Positions 40,342 through 52,842 of a stretch of 64,000 nucleotides of DNA are shown here, one piece after another. Under the pieces are notes generated by a model that saw nothing but the letters and a program-made list of their open reading frames with translations, was not told the DNA's origin and made no database searches. Position 1 is the first letter of the stretch. Every line of letters begins with the position of its first letter. The position numbers and the translations under genes are program-made. The DNA is taken from assembly GCA_963771355.1 (NCBI GenBank), contig CAVYTA010000007.1, positions 1 to 64,000 of the forward strand. The letters are read 5' to 3'. This stretch comes from an uncultured Candidatus Rokubacteria bacterium. GTDB taxonomy: Bacteria > Methylomirabilota > Methylomirabilia > Rokubacteriales > CSP1-6.

Positions 40342-42228
40342 ATGGCCCGCCGTCTCCTGATCGGTTTCCTCGTCTATCTCCTGGCGGGCGGGGCATCCCT
40401 GGCGTTCGCCCAGCAGCGGCCGGCGCCCGCCGACACCCCCGGCCCGGCGCCGGGCCCCACCGTCCCGATGACCGTGCTCGCCGATCAGCTGGTGGATCTC
40501 TTCCCCAAGGTCGAAGGGGACGTGCTGGAGGTCCAGGAGGGCACGCTCACCCTCGGGGTGGGGCGCAAGGATGGGGCCCGTCGCGGGCTCGACCTGGCGC
40601 TGTTTCGCGAGGGCCGGGAGATCAAGCACCCCAAGACCGGCCAGCTGCTGGGCCGCTCCGAGATGGCTCTGGGGCGCGTGACCCTCACCGAGATAGAGGA
40701 GCAGTTCTCGCGCGGCACCGCCACCGCCACCGTCCCGATCGTGGCGGGGGATCGCTTCCGGCTCTCGTCCGGCAAGATCCGGCTCACGCTCCTGCCCCTG
40801 GCAGGGGGCGCCCGTGACAACCTCATCGAGGCCACCACCCAGGAGCTGGTCGAGCGGCTCAACGGCTCCGGCCGCTTCGTGGTGAGCATGGGTGATTCCA
40901 TCAACCCGTACCTGGCCCAGGAGGGGATCAAGGCCGACGAGTTCCTGGACGGGAAGGGCGTGAAGGAGGCGGCCGCGCGCTTCAAGGTCGAGAACCTCCT
41001 GGTATTGCATTTCAAGCGCGTGCAGAACCGACCCTTCATGGAGGTGCGCTTCTTTTCCCTCCCGGGCCGCGACGCCCTCGTGAGCACTGCCTTCTTCGTG
41101 CCGCCGTCCATCCGCACCGCCGCTGACAAGGACCGCTTCTCCTCGGCCGTCCGCGACGTGAATCGGCCCCAGGCCAAGCCGCGGTCGCTCCTCTCTCGTC
41201 TCCTCGGCGGCGACCTGGAGGCCGGATCGTTCTCCACCGGCGAGAACTCCATCCCGCTGAGGGAGGTGGCCCGCTTCGCCTTCCCCGTGCTCGCCATGGA
41301 CATCTCGGTGCAGCCCAAAGACAAGGTCCCGCGGGTGGCGGTGAGTGACGGCGAGAAGGTCTACCAGTACCGGCTCGTGAACCAGAAGTTCGAGCCCGAA
41401 TGGTCCTTCGCGGTGGGGACGCTGGGACGCGTGATGTCGATCCAGCTCGTCGATCTCGACGGCGACGGCATCTTCGAGGTGGTGGCCAACCGCTACCACA
41501 ACAAGGCCGGGCTCAACTCCTTCGTGATCACCGCCAAGGACGGGAAGCCCAAATTCCTGGCCGACAACCTCGAGATGTTCCTCTTCGGGCTCGACGCGAA
41601 GAACGAGGGCCACAAGCAGACGCTCTGGGCCCAGCGTTACAACTCGGACAACTTCTTCACACCGGGTCAGGCGGAGCAGGTCGTGATCAAGAAGGGCGGC
41701 ATCGTGGCGGAGAAGCCGGTGCGGGTGCCCACCTCTTTCCGGCCCATGGGTGCGGCGTTCTCCAACATCCACGGCAAGGACACCCGCGCCCTCGCCCACA
41801 TCGACGCGTTCAACCGGCTCCAGATCTCGCTGGACGGCGAGGACGTCTGGCGCTCGTCCACGATGGTGGGCGGCGGCTACATCAAGATGGAGCTGGTGAT
41901 CGAGCGCGGGCGTCAGGGCAGCCAGAGCAAGTTCTACAAGATCGAGCCCACCCCGCTCTCGGTGGATCTCGACGGCGACGGCATCGAGGAGCTGGTGATT
42001 CCCCAGAACCAGATCCGGGAAGGCCTGCTCGCAGTGGTGTTCAAGGGGCCGGCCGGCTATCGCCTGCAGTCCATCGAATCCGGCTTCGAGGGCGGCATCA
42101 CCGCGCTGGGCGCGTACCGCACCGAGGACAGCAATCAGCCCACCCTGGTGGCGGCGGTCGTCCGCTTCAACAGCTTCTTCAGTAGCGCGGGTGAGACGCA
42201 GATCATCATGACCATCCCGCAGGAGTAG
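40342..42228 (+). CDS. Exported protein with FlgT-C-like domain and FG-GAP/VCBS-type repeats
   Basis: AFA signal; EGDVLEV..G..DG..G..LFREGREIKHPKTGQLLG; DLDGDGIFE and DLDGDGIEE. Confidence 0.8.
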   Translation: MARRLLIGFLVYLLAGGASLAFAQQRPAPADTPGPAPGPTVPMTVLADQLVDLFPKVEGDVLEVQEGTLTLGVGRKDGARRGLDLALFREGREIKHPKTGQLLGRSEMALGRVTLTEIEEQFSRGTATATVPIVAGDRFRLSSGKIRLTLLPLAGGARDNLIEATTQELVERLNGSGRFVVSMGDSINPYLAQEGIKADEFLDGKGVKEAAARFKVENLLVLHFKRVQNRPFMEVRFFSLPGRDALVSTAFFVPPSIRTAADKDRFSSAVRDVNRPQAKPRSLLSRLLGGDLEAGSFSTGENSIPLREVARFAFPVLAMDISVQPKDKVPRVAVSDGEKVYQYRLVNQKFEPEWSFAVGTLGRVMSIQLVDLDGDGIFEVVANRYHNKAGLNSFVITAKDGKPKFLADNLEMFLFGLDAKNEGHKQTLWAQRYNSDNFFTPGQAEQVVIKKGGIVAEKPVRVPTSFRPMGAAFSNIHGKDTRALAHIDAFNRLQISLDGEDVWRSSTMVGGGYIKMELVIERGRQGSQSKFYKIEPTPLSVDLDGDGIEELVIPQNQIREGLLAVVFKGPAGYRLQSIESGFEGGITALGAYRTEDSNQPTLVAAVVRFNSFFSSAGETQIIMTIPQE

Positions 42229-42232
42229 GGGC

Positions 42233-42760
42233 CTGCTCCACCCGTACCGCGGTATCCTCCCCAAGCTGCATCCGACCGCCTTCGTCGAGGCCTCCGCCCA
42301 GGTGATCGGCGACGTGGAGCTCGCCGAGGAGACCAGTGTCTGGTTCACCGCGGTGCTGCGCGGCGACGTGAACTTCATCCGGGTAGGCCGCGGAACCAAT
42401 ATCCAGGACGGCACCATCGTCCACGTCAATCGCCGGGGCACCCCCACCATTCTCGAGGAGTTCGTCACCGTGGGCCATGCCGCGCGCCTGCACGGCTGCC
42501 ACATCAAGTCCCACTGCCTCATCGGCATCGGCGCCATCGTCCTCGACGGCGCGGTGCTGGAAGAGGAGTGCCTGGTGGCGGCGGGGGCGGTGGTCTCGCC
42601 CGGCACCCTGGTGCCGCGGGGCAGCGTGCTGATGGGCGCTCCCGCTCGCGTGAAGCGCCAGGTGACCCCCGACGACCTCGAGCTCATCCACCGCTCGGCC
42701 GAGGGCTATATCGCGCTCCGGGGGGTATACCTGGCAGCCCAGGGGCCAAGCGGGGTCTGA
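42233..42760 (+). CDS. Gamma carbonic anhydrase-like (YrdA/PaaY) hexapeptide-repeat protein; probable CTG start
   Basis: AQVIGDV, LRGDVN, NIQDGTIVH, GHAARLHGC; N-terminus LLHPYRGILP follows RBS AGGAG. Confidence 0.88.
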   Translation: MLHPYRGILPKLHPTAFVEASAQVIGDVELAEETSVWFTAVLRGDVNFIRVGRGTNIQDGTIVHVNRRGTPTILEEFVTVGHAARLHGCHIKSHCLIGIGAIVLDGAVLEEECLVAAGAVVSPGTLVPRGSVLMGAPARVKRQVTPDDLELIHRSAEGYIALRGVYLAAQGPSGV

Positions 42761-44071
42761 ATGGCGGCCCGGGTCAGCACGGCGCCCCCCCGCGGCATGC
42801 GGGACATCCTGCCGCCGGAGGTCGAGCTCCGCGACGCCGCCACCCAGCAGATCCTGTCCGTGTATCGCGGGTTTGGCTTTCGCCGGGTGGAGACGCCCGC
42901 GCTGGAGAGCCTCAAGCTCCTCGCCGGGAGCGAGGGCGGCGAGAACGAGAAGCTGATCTTCAAGGTGCTCAAGCGCGGCCAGGATCTGGAGGCGGCCCTG
43001 CGCGGGGGCGGCGAGCTCGCCGAGCACGGCCTGCGTTTCGACCTCACCGTGCCCCTGGCCCGCTACTACGCGGAGAACCATGCCCGCCTGCCCGATCCGC
43101 TCAAGGCGGTGCAGATCGGGCCGGTCTGGCGCGCGGAACGGCCCCAGAAGGGTCGGTTCCGCCAGTTCACCCAATGTGACATCGACGTTCTCGGGATCGC
43201 CTCCGGTCTGGTGGAGGTGGAGCTGGTCCTGGCCACCAGCGAGGCGCTCGACCGGCTGGGCCTGACCGACCTCACCGTCCGCATCAACGACCGGCGTATC
43301 CTCGGCCTCATCGCTCAGCACTGCGGCTTTGCCGAGGAGCAGCAGGGCGGCTTCTTCATCGCCTTCGACAAGCTGGACAAGCTCGGCCCGGAAGGGGTGC
43401 TCGCCGAGCTGCGCGAGGCCGGCTATCCCAACGCGGCCATCGAGCGATTCGAGCGCCTCCTGCCCACCCTCCAGAAGCGCGAGCTCTCGCTGGAGGCGCT
43501 GCCCGCCGCGCTGGGGATGAGCGCGGCCCGGCGGCCAGAAGCATTCGAATCGCTGGCGTGGATCATCCGCACCGCCGGCGGCGAGATGCCCCCCGGGGCC
43601 CGTGTGCAGTTCGATCCCACTCTGGTGCGCGGCATGGGGTACTACACCGGGACGATCTTCGAGATGGTGTCGCCCGCCTTTCCGTCGTCGATCGCGGGGG
43701 GCGGCCGCTACGACCGCATGATCGGTCGCCTGCTCGGCCGGGAGGTCCCGGCCTGCGGGTTCTCCATCGGGTTCGAGCGGCTGGTCACGATTCTGACCGA
43801 GCGCGGGATGGCGCCCTCCGCACCGGAGGCGGTGACATCGTCCCGGCGGATCGCGCTGCTCGTGGACACGGGGGACGACCTCGCCGCGGCCCTGGCCGCC
43901 GCGCGCGAGCTCCGGGCCAAGGGCGACCTGGTCTCGCTGGAGCTCAAGCGCAAGAACGTCGGCAAGCAGCTGGACGATTTCGTGACGCACGGCTTCTGGG
44001 GCTATGCCACCGGCGAGGCGGGGGGCCGGGTGACCGTGAAGGCGTTTCCGGGAACGGGTGGCCGCCGCTGA
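42761..44071 (+). CDS. hisS: Histidine--tRNA ligase
   Basis: [43 protein letters not shown]. Confidence 0.95.
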   Translation: MAARVSTAPPRGMRDILPPEVELRDAATQQILSVYRGFGFRRVETPALESLKLLAGSEGGENEKLIFKVLKRGQDLEAALRGGGELAEHGLRFDLTVPLARYYAENHARLPDPLKAVQIGPVWRAERPQKGRFRQFTQCDIDVLGIASGLVEVELVLATSEALDRLGLTDLTVRINDRRILGLIAQHCGFAEEQQGGFFIAFDKLDKLGPEGVLAELREAGYPNAAIERFERLLPTLQKRELSLEALPAALGMSAARRPEAFESLAWIIRTAGGEMPPGARVQFDPTLVRGMGYYTGTIFEMVSPAFPSSIAGGGRYDRMIGRLLGREVPACGFSIGFERLVTILTERGMAPSAPEAVTSSRRIALLVDTGDDLAAALAAARELRAKGDLVSLELKRKNVGKQLDDFVTHGFWGYATGEAGGRVTVKAFPGTGGRR

Positions 44072-45852
44072 TGCACGCGTATCGAACCCATACCTGCGGG
44101 CAGCTTCGCGCCGCCGAGGTCGGCAAGCCCGCGCGGCTGTCCGGCTGGGTGCATCGCAAGCGCGACCACGGCCAGCTGCTCTTCATCGACCTTCGCGACC
44201 ATCACGGCATCACCCAGTGCGTGATCAATGCCGGCAGCGCCAGCTTCGAGGCCGCTTCCGCCCTGCGCCTGGAGAGCGTGGTGACCATGACCGGCACGGT
44301 GGTGGCGCGCGGCGCCGACGCGGTGAACCCGAAGCTCCCCACCGGGGAGGTGGAGCTCGCCGTGGACGAGCTCAGAGTGGAGGCCCCCGCGGAGGTCTTG
44401 CCCCTCCAGGTGGCCAGCGACGCGGAGTTCCCGGAGGACACGCGCCTGCGCTATCGCTTCCTCGACCTGCGGCGCGAGAAGCTGCACCGCAATATCCTGC
44501 TTCGCGCCCAGGTCATCGCCAGCATTCGGCGGCGCATGATCGCGGCCGGCTTCACGGAGTTCCAGACGCCCATCCTCACCTCGAGCTCACCCGAGGGCGC
44601 GCGCGACTACCTGGTCCCCAGCCGCATACATCCCGGGAAGTTCTACGCGCTGCCCCAGGCTCCGCAGCAGTTCAAGCAGCTGCTGATGGTGGCCGGCTTC
44701 GACCGCTACTTCCAGATCGCGCCCTGCTTCCGGGACGAGGACGGTCGGGCGGACCGCTCGCCGGGGGAGTTCTACCAGCTCGACTTCGAGATGTCCTTCG
44801 TGACCCAGGAAGACGTGTGGGCGACGATCGAGCCCGTGCTCCACGGCGTCTTCGAGGAGTTCGCGGCGGGGCGGACGGTGACCCCGCCGCCGTTTCCGCG
44901 CATCCCGTACGCGGAGGCGATGGCGAAGTACGGCACCGACAAGCCGGATCTGCGCATCCCCATCGTCAACGCCGACGTCACCGGGATCTTCGCGGGGTCG
45001 GACTTCAAGGTGTTCGCGGAGGCGGCCGGCCGGGGCGCGGTGGTGCGCGCGATCCCGGGTCCGGGGGCGGCGAGCCGGCCGCGGAGCTTCTTCGACAAGC
45101 TGGACGCCTGGGCCCGTGAGCAGGGCGCGCCCGGCCTCGGCTATGTCTCGCTCGCGGAGGCGGGAGCCCGCGGTCCCATCGCGAAGTTCCTCGACGCGAC
45201 CCGCCTGGCCGCGCTGCAGAAGGCGACGGGGACCGGACCCGGCGACGTGGTCTTCTTCGTCTGCGACAAGCCGGCGGTGGCGAACCCCCTCGCGGGCAAG
45301 GTCCGCACGCGTCTCGGTGAGGAGCTCGACCTCATCGAGAAGAACGCCTTCCGCTTCTGCTGGATCACCGACTTCCCCATGTACGAGTGGGACGAGGAGG
45401 CGAAGAAGATCGACTTCAGCCACAACCCGTTCTCGATGCCGCAGGGGGGGCTGGAGGCGCTGGAGACGCAGGATCCCCTCACCATCAACGCCTACCAGTA
45501 CGACATCGTGTGCAACGGCATCGAGCTGTCCAGCGGGGCCATCCGCAACCACCGTCCGGACATCATGTTCAAGGCCTTCCAGATCGCGGGATACCGTCCC
45601 GAGGAGGTGGAGGCACGCTTCGGCGGCATGCTCAATGCCTTCCGCTACGGGGCGCCCCCCCACGGGGGATCGGCCCCCGGCATCGACCGCATCGTCATGA
45701 TGCTGGCCGACGAGCGGAACCTCCGCGAGGTCATCGCCTTCCCCATGAACCAGCAGGCCCAGGATCTCCTCATGCAAGCGCCCAGCGAGGTGGATCCCAA
45801 GCGGCTGCGCGAGCTGCACATCAAGCTCGACCTGCCGCCCGAGAGCGCCTGA
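44071..45852 (+). CDS. aspS: Aspartate--tRNA ligase
   Basis: [38 protein letters not shown]. Confidence 0.96.
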   Translation: MHAYRTHTCGQLRAAEVGKPARLSGWVHRKRDHGQLLFIDLRDHHGITQCVINAGSASFEAASALRLESVVTMTGTVVARGADAVNPKLPTGEVELAVDELRVEAPAEVLPLQVASDAEFPEDTRLRYRFLDLRREKLHRNILLRAQVIASIRRRMIAAGFTEFQTPILTSSSPEGARDYLVPSRIHPGKFYALPQAPQQFKQLLMVAGFDRYFQIAPCFRDEDGRADRSPGEFYQLDFEMSFVTQEDVWATIEPVLHGVFEEFAAGRTVTPPPFPRIPYAEAMAKYGTDKPDLRIPIVNADVTGIFAGSDFKVFAEAAGRGAVVRAIPGPGAASRPRSFFDKLDAWAREQGAPGLGYVSLAEAGARGPIAKFLDATRLAALQKATGTGPGDVVFFVCDKPAVANPLAGKVRTRLGEELDLIEKNAFRFCWITDFPMYEWDEEAKKIDFSHNPFSMPQGGLEALETQDPLTINAYQYDIVCNGIELSSGAIRNHRPDIMFKAFQIAGYRPEEVEARFGGMLNAFRYGAPPHGGSAPGIDRIVMMLADERNLREVIAFPMNQQAQDLLMQAPSEVDPKRLRELHIKLDLPPESA

Positions 45853-45894
45853 CCTGGGCGGCCATGCTATCCTGAGGCGCGGAGGAACGAGCAC

Positions 45895-46899
<1,005 letters not shown>

Positions 46900-46907
46900 G
46901 CGCAGGG

Positions 46908-47008
46908 AGTGCAGGGACCCTCGGGTTGTCCGCCGACGAGGGCAGTGCGGGGGCCCTCGGGTTGTCCGCCGACGGGGGGAGTGCGGGGGCCATTTCTGGG
47001 CCCCCGCA
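46908..47008 (+). repeat. ~2.3 tandem copies of a 36-nt unit ending in a GC hairpin
   Basis: AGTGC(A/G)GGG(A/G)CCCTCGGGTTGTCCGCCGACG(A/G)GGG(C/G) at 46908, 46944 and partially 46980; hairpin TGCGGGGGCC-ATTTCTG-GGCCCCCGCA. Confidence 0.88.
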
Positions 47009-47017
47009 AAGTAAGTC

Positions 47018-47485
47018 ATGCCCGTCGCGCTCCAGAGCCGCCAGTCCAGGATCCGCGTCTCGCTGCCGCGGCTGCGCGCCGTGGCCCGCGTGGCGCTGGG
47101 CGCGGTGGGGCGCGCGAAGGCGGAAGTGCACGTGACGGTAGTGGACGACCGCACCATTCGCCGCCTCAATGCCCGCTACCTGGGCTCCCGCAAGCGTACC
47201 GACGTGCTGGCCTTCGACCTCGGCGGCCCCGGACCCACGCCCTTGCTGGGCGAGGTGATTGTCTCCGCGGACACGGCGGCGCGGCAGGCCGCCGCGGTGG
47301 GCGTGTCGGTCGCCCTCGAGCTCGATCTTCTCGTGATCCACGGCATCCTCCATCTGGCCGGCTGGGATGACGCCCGCCCCGCGCAGGCGCGCCGCATGCA
47401 CGAGCGGGCGCGGGTCATCCTGACCCGTGCCCGGCGCCGACCGGTTCCCGCCCGGCTCTGGGCCGGGTTGCTCCCCTCCGCATGA
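47018..47485 (+). CDS. ybeY: rRNA maturation endonuclease YbeY
   Basis: LNARY..TDVLAF, LGEVIVS, HGILHLAGWDD. Confidence 0.88.
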   Translation: MPVALQSRQSRIRVSLPRLRAVARVALGAVGRAKAEVHVTVVDDRTIRRLNARYLGSRKRTDVLAFDLGGPGPTPLLGEVIVSADTAARQAAAVGVSVALELDLLVIHGILHLAGWDDARPAQARRMHERARVILTRARRRPVPARLWAGLLPSA

Positions 47486-48390
47486 CCGCCCCGGCGCATC
47501 GGGCGGGATTCGTGGCGCTGGTGGGGCGCCCCAATGTGGGCAAGTCCACGCTGCTCAACCGGCTGGTGGGCGAGAAGATGGCCATCGTCTCCCGGCGCCC
47601 CCAGACCACGCGCACCCGGATCACGGGCATCCGCCACCTGCCGCATGCCCAGGCGATCTTCGTGGACACGCCCGGCTTGCATGCAGGCCAAGGGCGGCTC
47701 GGCGAGCTGATGCAGCGGGCGGCGGAACGCGCGCTGGAGGACGTGGACCTGGTCTGCTTCGTCGCCGAGGCCACCGAGCGGCCCGACCGCCTCGACGTGG
47801 CGGTGCTGAACCGGCTCGCGGCCGTGCGCGCCCCCGTGATCTGCTGCCTGAACAAGGTGGACCTGGTCGCGCCCAAGTCTCGGCTGCTGCCCCTCATCGC
47901 CGCGTATCGCGAGCGGCACCCGTTCCAGGACATCGTGCCGCTGTCCGCCCAGACCGGCGCCGGATGTGACGCGCTCATGAACTTGGTGCTGGCGGCCCTT
48001 CCCGAACGGCCGCCCTATTTCCCCCGCGAGTCGCTCACCGACCAGCCGGAGACCTTCTTCGTGGCGGAGGCCATCCGCGAGAAGATCTTCCGGCTCACCA
48101 ACCAGGAGATCCCCTACGCGTGCGCCGTACGCGTGGAGGAGCTCACGGAGCGGGAGCGGCCCGAGTGCCTGTACATCAAGGCCACCATCTTCGTGGAGCA
48201 GGAGTCGCAGAAGGGCATTCTCATCGGCCGGCAGGGGGCGATGCTCAAGCGGATCGGCAGCGTGACGCGGGAGGATCTCGAGCGGTTCTTCGGGATCAAG
48301 ACCTATCTCGACCTTCGCGTCGCCGTGCGCAAGAACTGGCGGAAGGACGAGGGGGCCCTGCGGGAGTTCGGCTTCCTCCTCACGTCCTGA
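47482..48390 (+). CDS. era: GTPase Era
   Basis: GRPNVGKS, PQTTR, DTPG, NKVD, EIPY, KH domain. Confidence 0.96.
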   Translation: MTAPAHRAGFVALVGRPNVGKSTLLNRLVGEKMAIVSRRPQTTRTRITGIRHLPHAQAIFVDTPGLHAGQGRLGELMQRAAERALEDVDLVCFVAEATERPDRLDVAVLNRLAAVRAPVICCLNKVDLVAPKSRLLPLIAAYRERHPFQDIVPLSAQTGAGCDALMNLVLAALPERPPYFPRESLTDQPETFFVAEAIREKIFRLTNQEIPYACAVRVEELTERERPECLYIKATIFVEQESQKGILIGRQGAMLKRIGSVTREDLERFFGIKTYLDLRVAVRKNWRKDEGALREFGFLLTS

Positions 48391-48392
48391 GC

Positions 48393-49187
48393 ATGGCCCT
48401 CGCCCGCACGCGGGCCGTGGTGGTGAGCCGCCGGCCGATGGGCGAGCAGGACCGGCTGGTCGAGTTCTACACGCGGGATCACGGCAAGGTCCGAGGGGTG
48501 GCGAAGTCGGCGCGGCGGCCCCGCTCGCGGTTCGTCGCCGCGCTGGAGCCGTTCACCCTGGGCGAGCTCGTCTTCTTCGACACCGGCCGCAGCGGGCTGG
48601 TCCGCGTGGACCACTTCGACATCGTCCACTCCTTCGTGCGGGTGCGGGAGAACCTCGACCGGCTTGGGCGGGGCGCCTGGATGTGCGAGTCGCTCACCCG
48701 GCTCTCCGCCGACCGCGACCCGCATCCGGCGCTGTTCGGGCTGCTGGTCCGCAGCCTGCGTGCCCTGGAGACGGTGGTCGCACCGGAGCGCGTGGCCATC
48801 TGCTTCGCTCTGCGGGCAGTGGATCTCCTCGGGCACCGCCCGCGTCTGGATCGGTGCGTGGAATGCGGCCGGACCTTCCCGTTTGCGGGCGCGTCGCTGG
48901 ATCCCGAGGCGGGCGGCCTGGTGTGCGGGGCCTGTGCGGCGGGCCGCCCGGCGGTACCGCTGTCCGGTCCCGCGGTGGGGATGCTGGCGCGGATGCGCGG
49001 GATGCGATGGGAGGAGGCCCTCGCCCTGGGGGTGGGCCCCGCGCTGGAGGAGGAGCTGGGGACGGCGCTGGACGACGTCGTCACCCGGCTCATCGGCGGG
49101 CTCCCGCGGTCGCTCCGCTTCATCGGGCAGACGCGGCGCGGCCTCGCCGGCGTCGCCGAGCCGCCGCCGGCTCGACGACGCCCGTGA
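48393..49187 (+). CDS. recO: DNA repair protein RecO
   Basis: [30 protein letters not shown] zinc finger. Confidence 0.9.
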   Translation: MALARTRAVVVSRRPMGEQDRLVEFYTRDHGKVRGVAKSARRPRSRFVAALEPFTLGELVFFDTGRSGLVRVDHFDIVHSFVRVRENLDRLGRGAWMCESLTRLSADRDPHPALFGLLVRSLRALETVVAPERVAICFALRAVDLLGHRPRLDRCVECGRTFPFAGASLDPEAGGLVCGACAAGRPAVPLSGPAVGMLARMRGMRWEEALALGVGPALEEELGTALDDVVTRLIGGLPRSLRFIGQTRRGLAGVAEPPPARRRP

Positions 49188-49200
49188 TATCCTGACCGCC

Positions 49201-50715
49201 ATGCCCGTCACCATGGACGCGCTGGTTTCGCTCTCGAAGCGCCGTGGCTTCGTCTTCCAGTCGAGCGAGATCTACGGGGGCACCGGCTCCTGCTGGGACT
49301 ACGGGCCGCTCGGCGTCGAGCTCAAGCAGAACATCAAGCGGCTGTGGTGGCGCGACTTCGTGCAGTCGCGCGCCGACATGGTGGGCCTCGACGCCTCCAT
49401 CCTCATGCACCCCACCGTCTGGAAGGCGAGCGGGCATCTCGACCGCTTCACCGACCCCATGGTGGACTGCCGGGAGTGCCAGCACCGTTTCCGCGCCGAC
49501 CACGTGGACGCGCTGCCCTGGACCCACTATTGCCCGGCCACCAAGGGCAACAAGTTCACCATTCCGGCAGGGGAGGCCTGCGGCCACTGCGGCGCCCGGC
49601 GCACGCTCTGCCCCGACTGCGGCAAGGGTGAGCTCACCGCCCCGCGCGAGTTCAACCTCATGTTCAAGACCTTCATGGGCCCGGTCGAGGAGGAGGCGGC
49701 CGTTACCTACCTCCGCCCGGAGACCGCCCAGGCGATGTTCGTCAACTTCGACAACATTCTCCAGTCGATGCGGTTGAAGCTGCCCTTCGGCATCGCGCAG
49801 GCCGGGCGCTCCTTCCGCAACGAGATCACGCCGGGTAACTTCATCTTCCGGACGCGCGAGTTCGAGCAGATGGAGATCGAGTACTTCGTCAACCCGCACG
49901 ACACCGTCGAGGGCCGTCCCGCCGACGAGTGGTGGCACGACCGCTGGATCGCGGACTGCATGGCGTGGTTCCGACGCTACGGCCTCCGCGAAGAAAACCT
50001 GCGCCTGCGCGAGCACGAGAAGGCCGAGCTGGCCCACTACGCGAAGCGCACGGTGGACATCGACTATCAGTTCCCCATCGGCTGGAGCGAGCTGATGGGC
50101 ATCGCCAACCGTAGCGACTTTGACCTCAAGCAGCACTCCAAGTTCAGCGGCAAGTCGCTCACCTACTTCGACGAGGAGCGCAAGGAGCACATCGTGCCCT
50201 TCGTGGTGGAGCCGGCGGCGGGGGTGGACCGCGCGCTCCTGGCCTTCCTGGCCGACGCCTACCAGGAGGAGGAAGTGCGCGGCGAGAAGCGGGTGGTGCT
50301 CCGCTTCCACCCCGAGCTGGCGCCGGTGAAGGTGGCGGTGCTGCCCCTGCTCAAGAAGCGCGAGGAGATCGTGCGCACTGCGCATGGCATCCGCGCCGCG
50401 CTGTCGCGGCACTTCCGGGTCGTCTACGACGACACCGCCGCCATCGGACGGCTCTACCGCCGGCAGGACGAGGTGGGGACGCCCTACTGCGTCACGGTCG
50501 ACGTGCAGACGGTGGGAGATCGCGACAAGGGCGAGACCGGCGATGGTCGCGTGACCATTCGCGACCGCGACAGCATGCAGCAGGTGCGCGTGCCCGAGGG
50601 GGAGCTCCTGCCCGTGTTCCGGGGATTGCTCGAGGGCGGGGACTGGGGCGCGGTGGTCGCGCGTTTCGGCGGCGTGACCGCCGACGCGGGGCGCCCGAGC
50701 GAGGGCGACCGCTAG
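49201..50715 (+). CDS. glyQS: Glycine--tRNA ligase, alpha2 type
   Basis: [48 protein letters not shown]. Confidence 0.95.
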   Translation: MPVTMDALVSLSKRRGFVFQSSEIYGGTGSCWDYGPLGVELKQNIKRLWWRDFVQSRADMVGLDASILMHPTVWKASGHLDRFTDPMVDCRECQHRFRADHVDALPWTHYCPATKGNKFTIPAGEACGHCGARRTLCPDCGKGELTAPREFNLMFKTFMGPVEEEAAVTYLRPETAQAMFVNFDNILQSMRLKLPFGIAQAGRSFRNEITPGNFIFRTREFEQMEIEYFVNPHDTVEGRPADEWWHDRWIADCMAWFRRYGLREENLRLREHEKAELAHYAKRTVDIDYQFPIGWSELMGIANRSDFDLKQHSKFSGKSLTYFDEERKEHIVPFVVEPAAGVDRALLAFLADAYQEEEVRGEKRVVLRFHPELAPVKVAVLPLLKKREEIVRTAHGIRAALSRHFRVVYDDTAAIGRLYRRQDEVGTPYCVTVDVQTVGDRDKGETGDGRVTIRDRDSMQQVRVPEGELLPVFRGLLEGGDWGAVVARFGGVTADAGRPSEGDR

Positions 50716-52823
50716 GGAGTTTGCCCGCCCTCGCGCGGGGCCGCGGGCTCGGCGGTCGCGGGTACCGCGCCAGGTAGCGCGGTGGCGGGCCGCACCCCGG
50801 AGGCGAAGCGGGCGGGACCGCAAACCTGCGACGGCTCGGTTCCGACCACGAAAGCCATCAGCGCGGGCCGGGTGCAGTTGCCCGCTCGGTCCAGGTCCAC
50901 CGGCACCAGCACCACCTTTTCCGGGATGGGGAAGTCCTCCGCCGGCATCCCCGCCAGCGCCGACTGCATGAAGGTCGTCCAGATGGGTACCGCCACGCGC
51001 GAGCCGGTCTCGTCCTTCCCCAGGCTGCGCGGGCGATCATAGCCCACCCACACGCCGGTGGCGAGCTGCGGCGTGAACCCGATGAACCAGGCGTTCGAGT
51101 AGTCGTTGGTGGTTCCCGTCTTTGCCGCGGCCGGGCGTCCCAGCGCCTTGGCCGCCACGCCCGTTCCGCGATCGATGGTGCCCTTGAGCATTTGCGTGGC
51201 CACGAAAGCTAGCTCGGGAGTGAGCACCTGCTTGGGCTCGGGGACGTTTTCCTCGAGCAGCTTGCCCTGGGCGTCGAGCACATAACGGACGGTGGTGGGA
51301 TGCAGCCACTGCCCCTGGTTAGCGAGGGTGCCGTACGCCGAGGTGAGCTCCAGCAGGGAGAGCTCGGAGGTGCCCAGCGCCAGGCTGAGGTTCTCGCCGA
51401 GGGGGCTCTGCACGCCCATGCGGCGCGCCACGTTGATGGTGCGGCGAAGACCGATACGCTCCTGGACCTTCACCGTCGCCACGTTGACGGACTCCTCGAG
51501 CGCCTGCTGCAGCGTGACCGGCCCGCGGAACTTCCGATCGTAGTTCTCGGGCTTCCAGGGCTTGCCGTTCGGCCCGCCCGGGAACTCCACCGGCGAGTCT
51601 TCCACCTCGGTGGCGGCGGTCAAGCCCGCCTCCAGCGCGGCGATGTAGACGAAGGGCTTGAAGGAGGAGCCTGGCTGGCGGCGCGCCTGGGTGGCGCGGT
51701 TGAACTCGCTCTTGAAGAAGTCGTAGCCGCCGACCATGGCCTTGATGTGGCCGGTCTGGGGATCGAGGGCCAGCAGGGCGCCCTCCGGCCGCTCCGTCAC
51801 GGGGGCGGTGCCGGCCTTCTCGGAGGCCTTGAGCCGCCGGGTCTCCAGCGCCTTGAGCCCCTCCCGCAGCGACTGTTCGGCCTTGAGCTGCATGGTCGGG
51901 GAGAGCGTGGTGTAGACCTGCAGGCCGCCCTTGAAGACCACGTCGGCGCCGTATGCCGACTCCAGGAGCTGCTGGACATACTCGAGGTAGTGCTGCCCGG
52001 TGGTGCGACGGCGCTCAGGCGGGACCAGGTCCAGCTTGGCCGCTGAGAGCGTCTTGGCCTCCGCGTCCTTCAGCACGTTCACGTCCACCATGCGGGCGAG
52101 GACGATGGCCCGGCGGCGCTTGGCCGCGTCGGGATGCTCGAACGGGGAGTACGTGGAGGGCGCCTTGGGGAGCCCCGCCAGCAGCGCGCTCTCCGGGATC
52201 GACAAGTCCTTGACCGACTTGCCGAAGAAGGTACGGGCGGCCGCCTCCACGCCGAAGGCGCCGTGGCCGAAATAAATCTGGTTCAGGTACATCTCGAGGA
52301 GCCGATCCTTCGAATAGCGGCGCTCCAACTCGACGGCGAGGACGGCCTCCTTCAACTTGCGATCGAGGCTCTTGTCGGGGGTGAGGAACAGCACCTTTGC
52401 GAGTTGCTGGGTGATGGTGCTGCCGCCCTCGACGATGCGCCCATGGCGGAAGTTCTGGTACACCGCGCGCGCGATGCCCATGGGATCCACGCCGAAGTGG
52501 GAATAGAAGCGCGCGTCCTCGGTGGCGAGGATGGCATCCTTGAGCGCCTTGGGGATCTGGGTGAGCGGGACGAAGATGCGCCGCTCGACGTGGAACTCGG
52601 TGATCAGCTCGTCGCTGTCGTCGAAGATCTTGCTGCCCTGGACCGGCTCGAAGTTCTCCAGCGCGGTCACCGGCGGGAGCGAGCGCGGCAAGATGGTGAA
52701 TACCCACAGCGCGGCCACGCCGACGCCGAGGCCGCCCAGGACGAAGAGGATCAACAGGGCGAGCACGAATGGCCGGAGCCACCGGCGCCGAGACGGTCGT
52801 TTGGCGCGTCGCATCTTCGCCAT
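50712..52823 (-). CDS. Class A penicillin-binding protein (PBP1A family)
   Basis: [29 protein letters not shown] motifs. Confidence 0.95.
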   Translation of the reverse strand: MAKMRRAKRPSRRRWLRPFVLALLILFVLGGLGVGVAALWVFTILPRSLPPVTALENFEPVQGSKIFDDSDELITEFHVERRIFVPLTQIPKALKDAILATEDARFYSHFGVDPMGIARAVYQNFRHGRIVEGGSTITQQLAKVLFLTPDKSLDRKLKEAVLAVELERRYSKDRLLEMYLNQIYFGHGAFGVEAAARTFFGKSVKDLSIPESALLAGLPKAPSTYSPFEHPDAAKRRRAIVLARMVDVNVLKDAEAKTLSAAKLDLVPPERRRTTGQHYLEYVQQLLESAYGADVVFKGGLQVYTTLSPTMQLKAEQSLREGLKALETRRLKASEKAGTAPVTERPEGALLALDPQTGHIKAMVGGYDFFKSEFNRATQARRQPGSSFKPFVYIAALEAGLTAATEVEDSPVEFPGGPNGKPWKPENYDRKFRGPVTLQQALEESVNVATVKVQERIGLRRTINVARRMGVQSPLGENLSLALGTSELSLLELTSAYGTLANQGQWLHPTTVRYVLDAQGKLLEENVPEPKQVLTPELAFVATQMLKGTIDRGTGVAAKALGRPAAAKTGTTNDYSNAWFIGFTPQLATGVWVGYDRPRSLGKDETGSRVAVPIWTTFMQSALAGMPAEDFPIPEKVVLVPVDLDRAGNCTRPALMAFVVGTEPSQVCGPARFASGVRPATALPGAVPATAEPAAPREGGQTP

Positions 52824-52842
52824 GCATTGGTATTATACAGGC

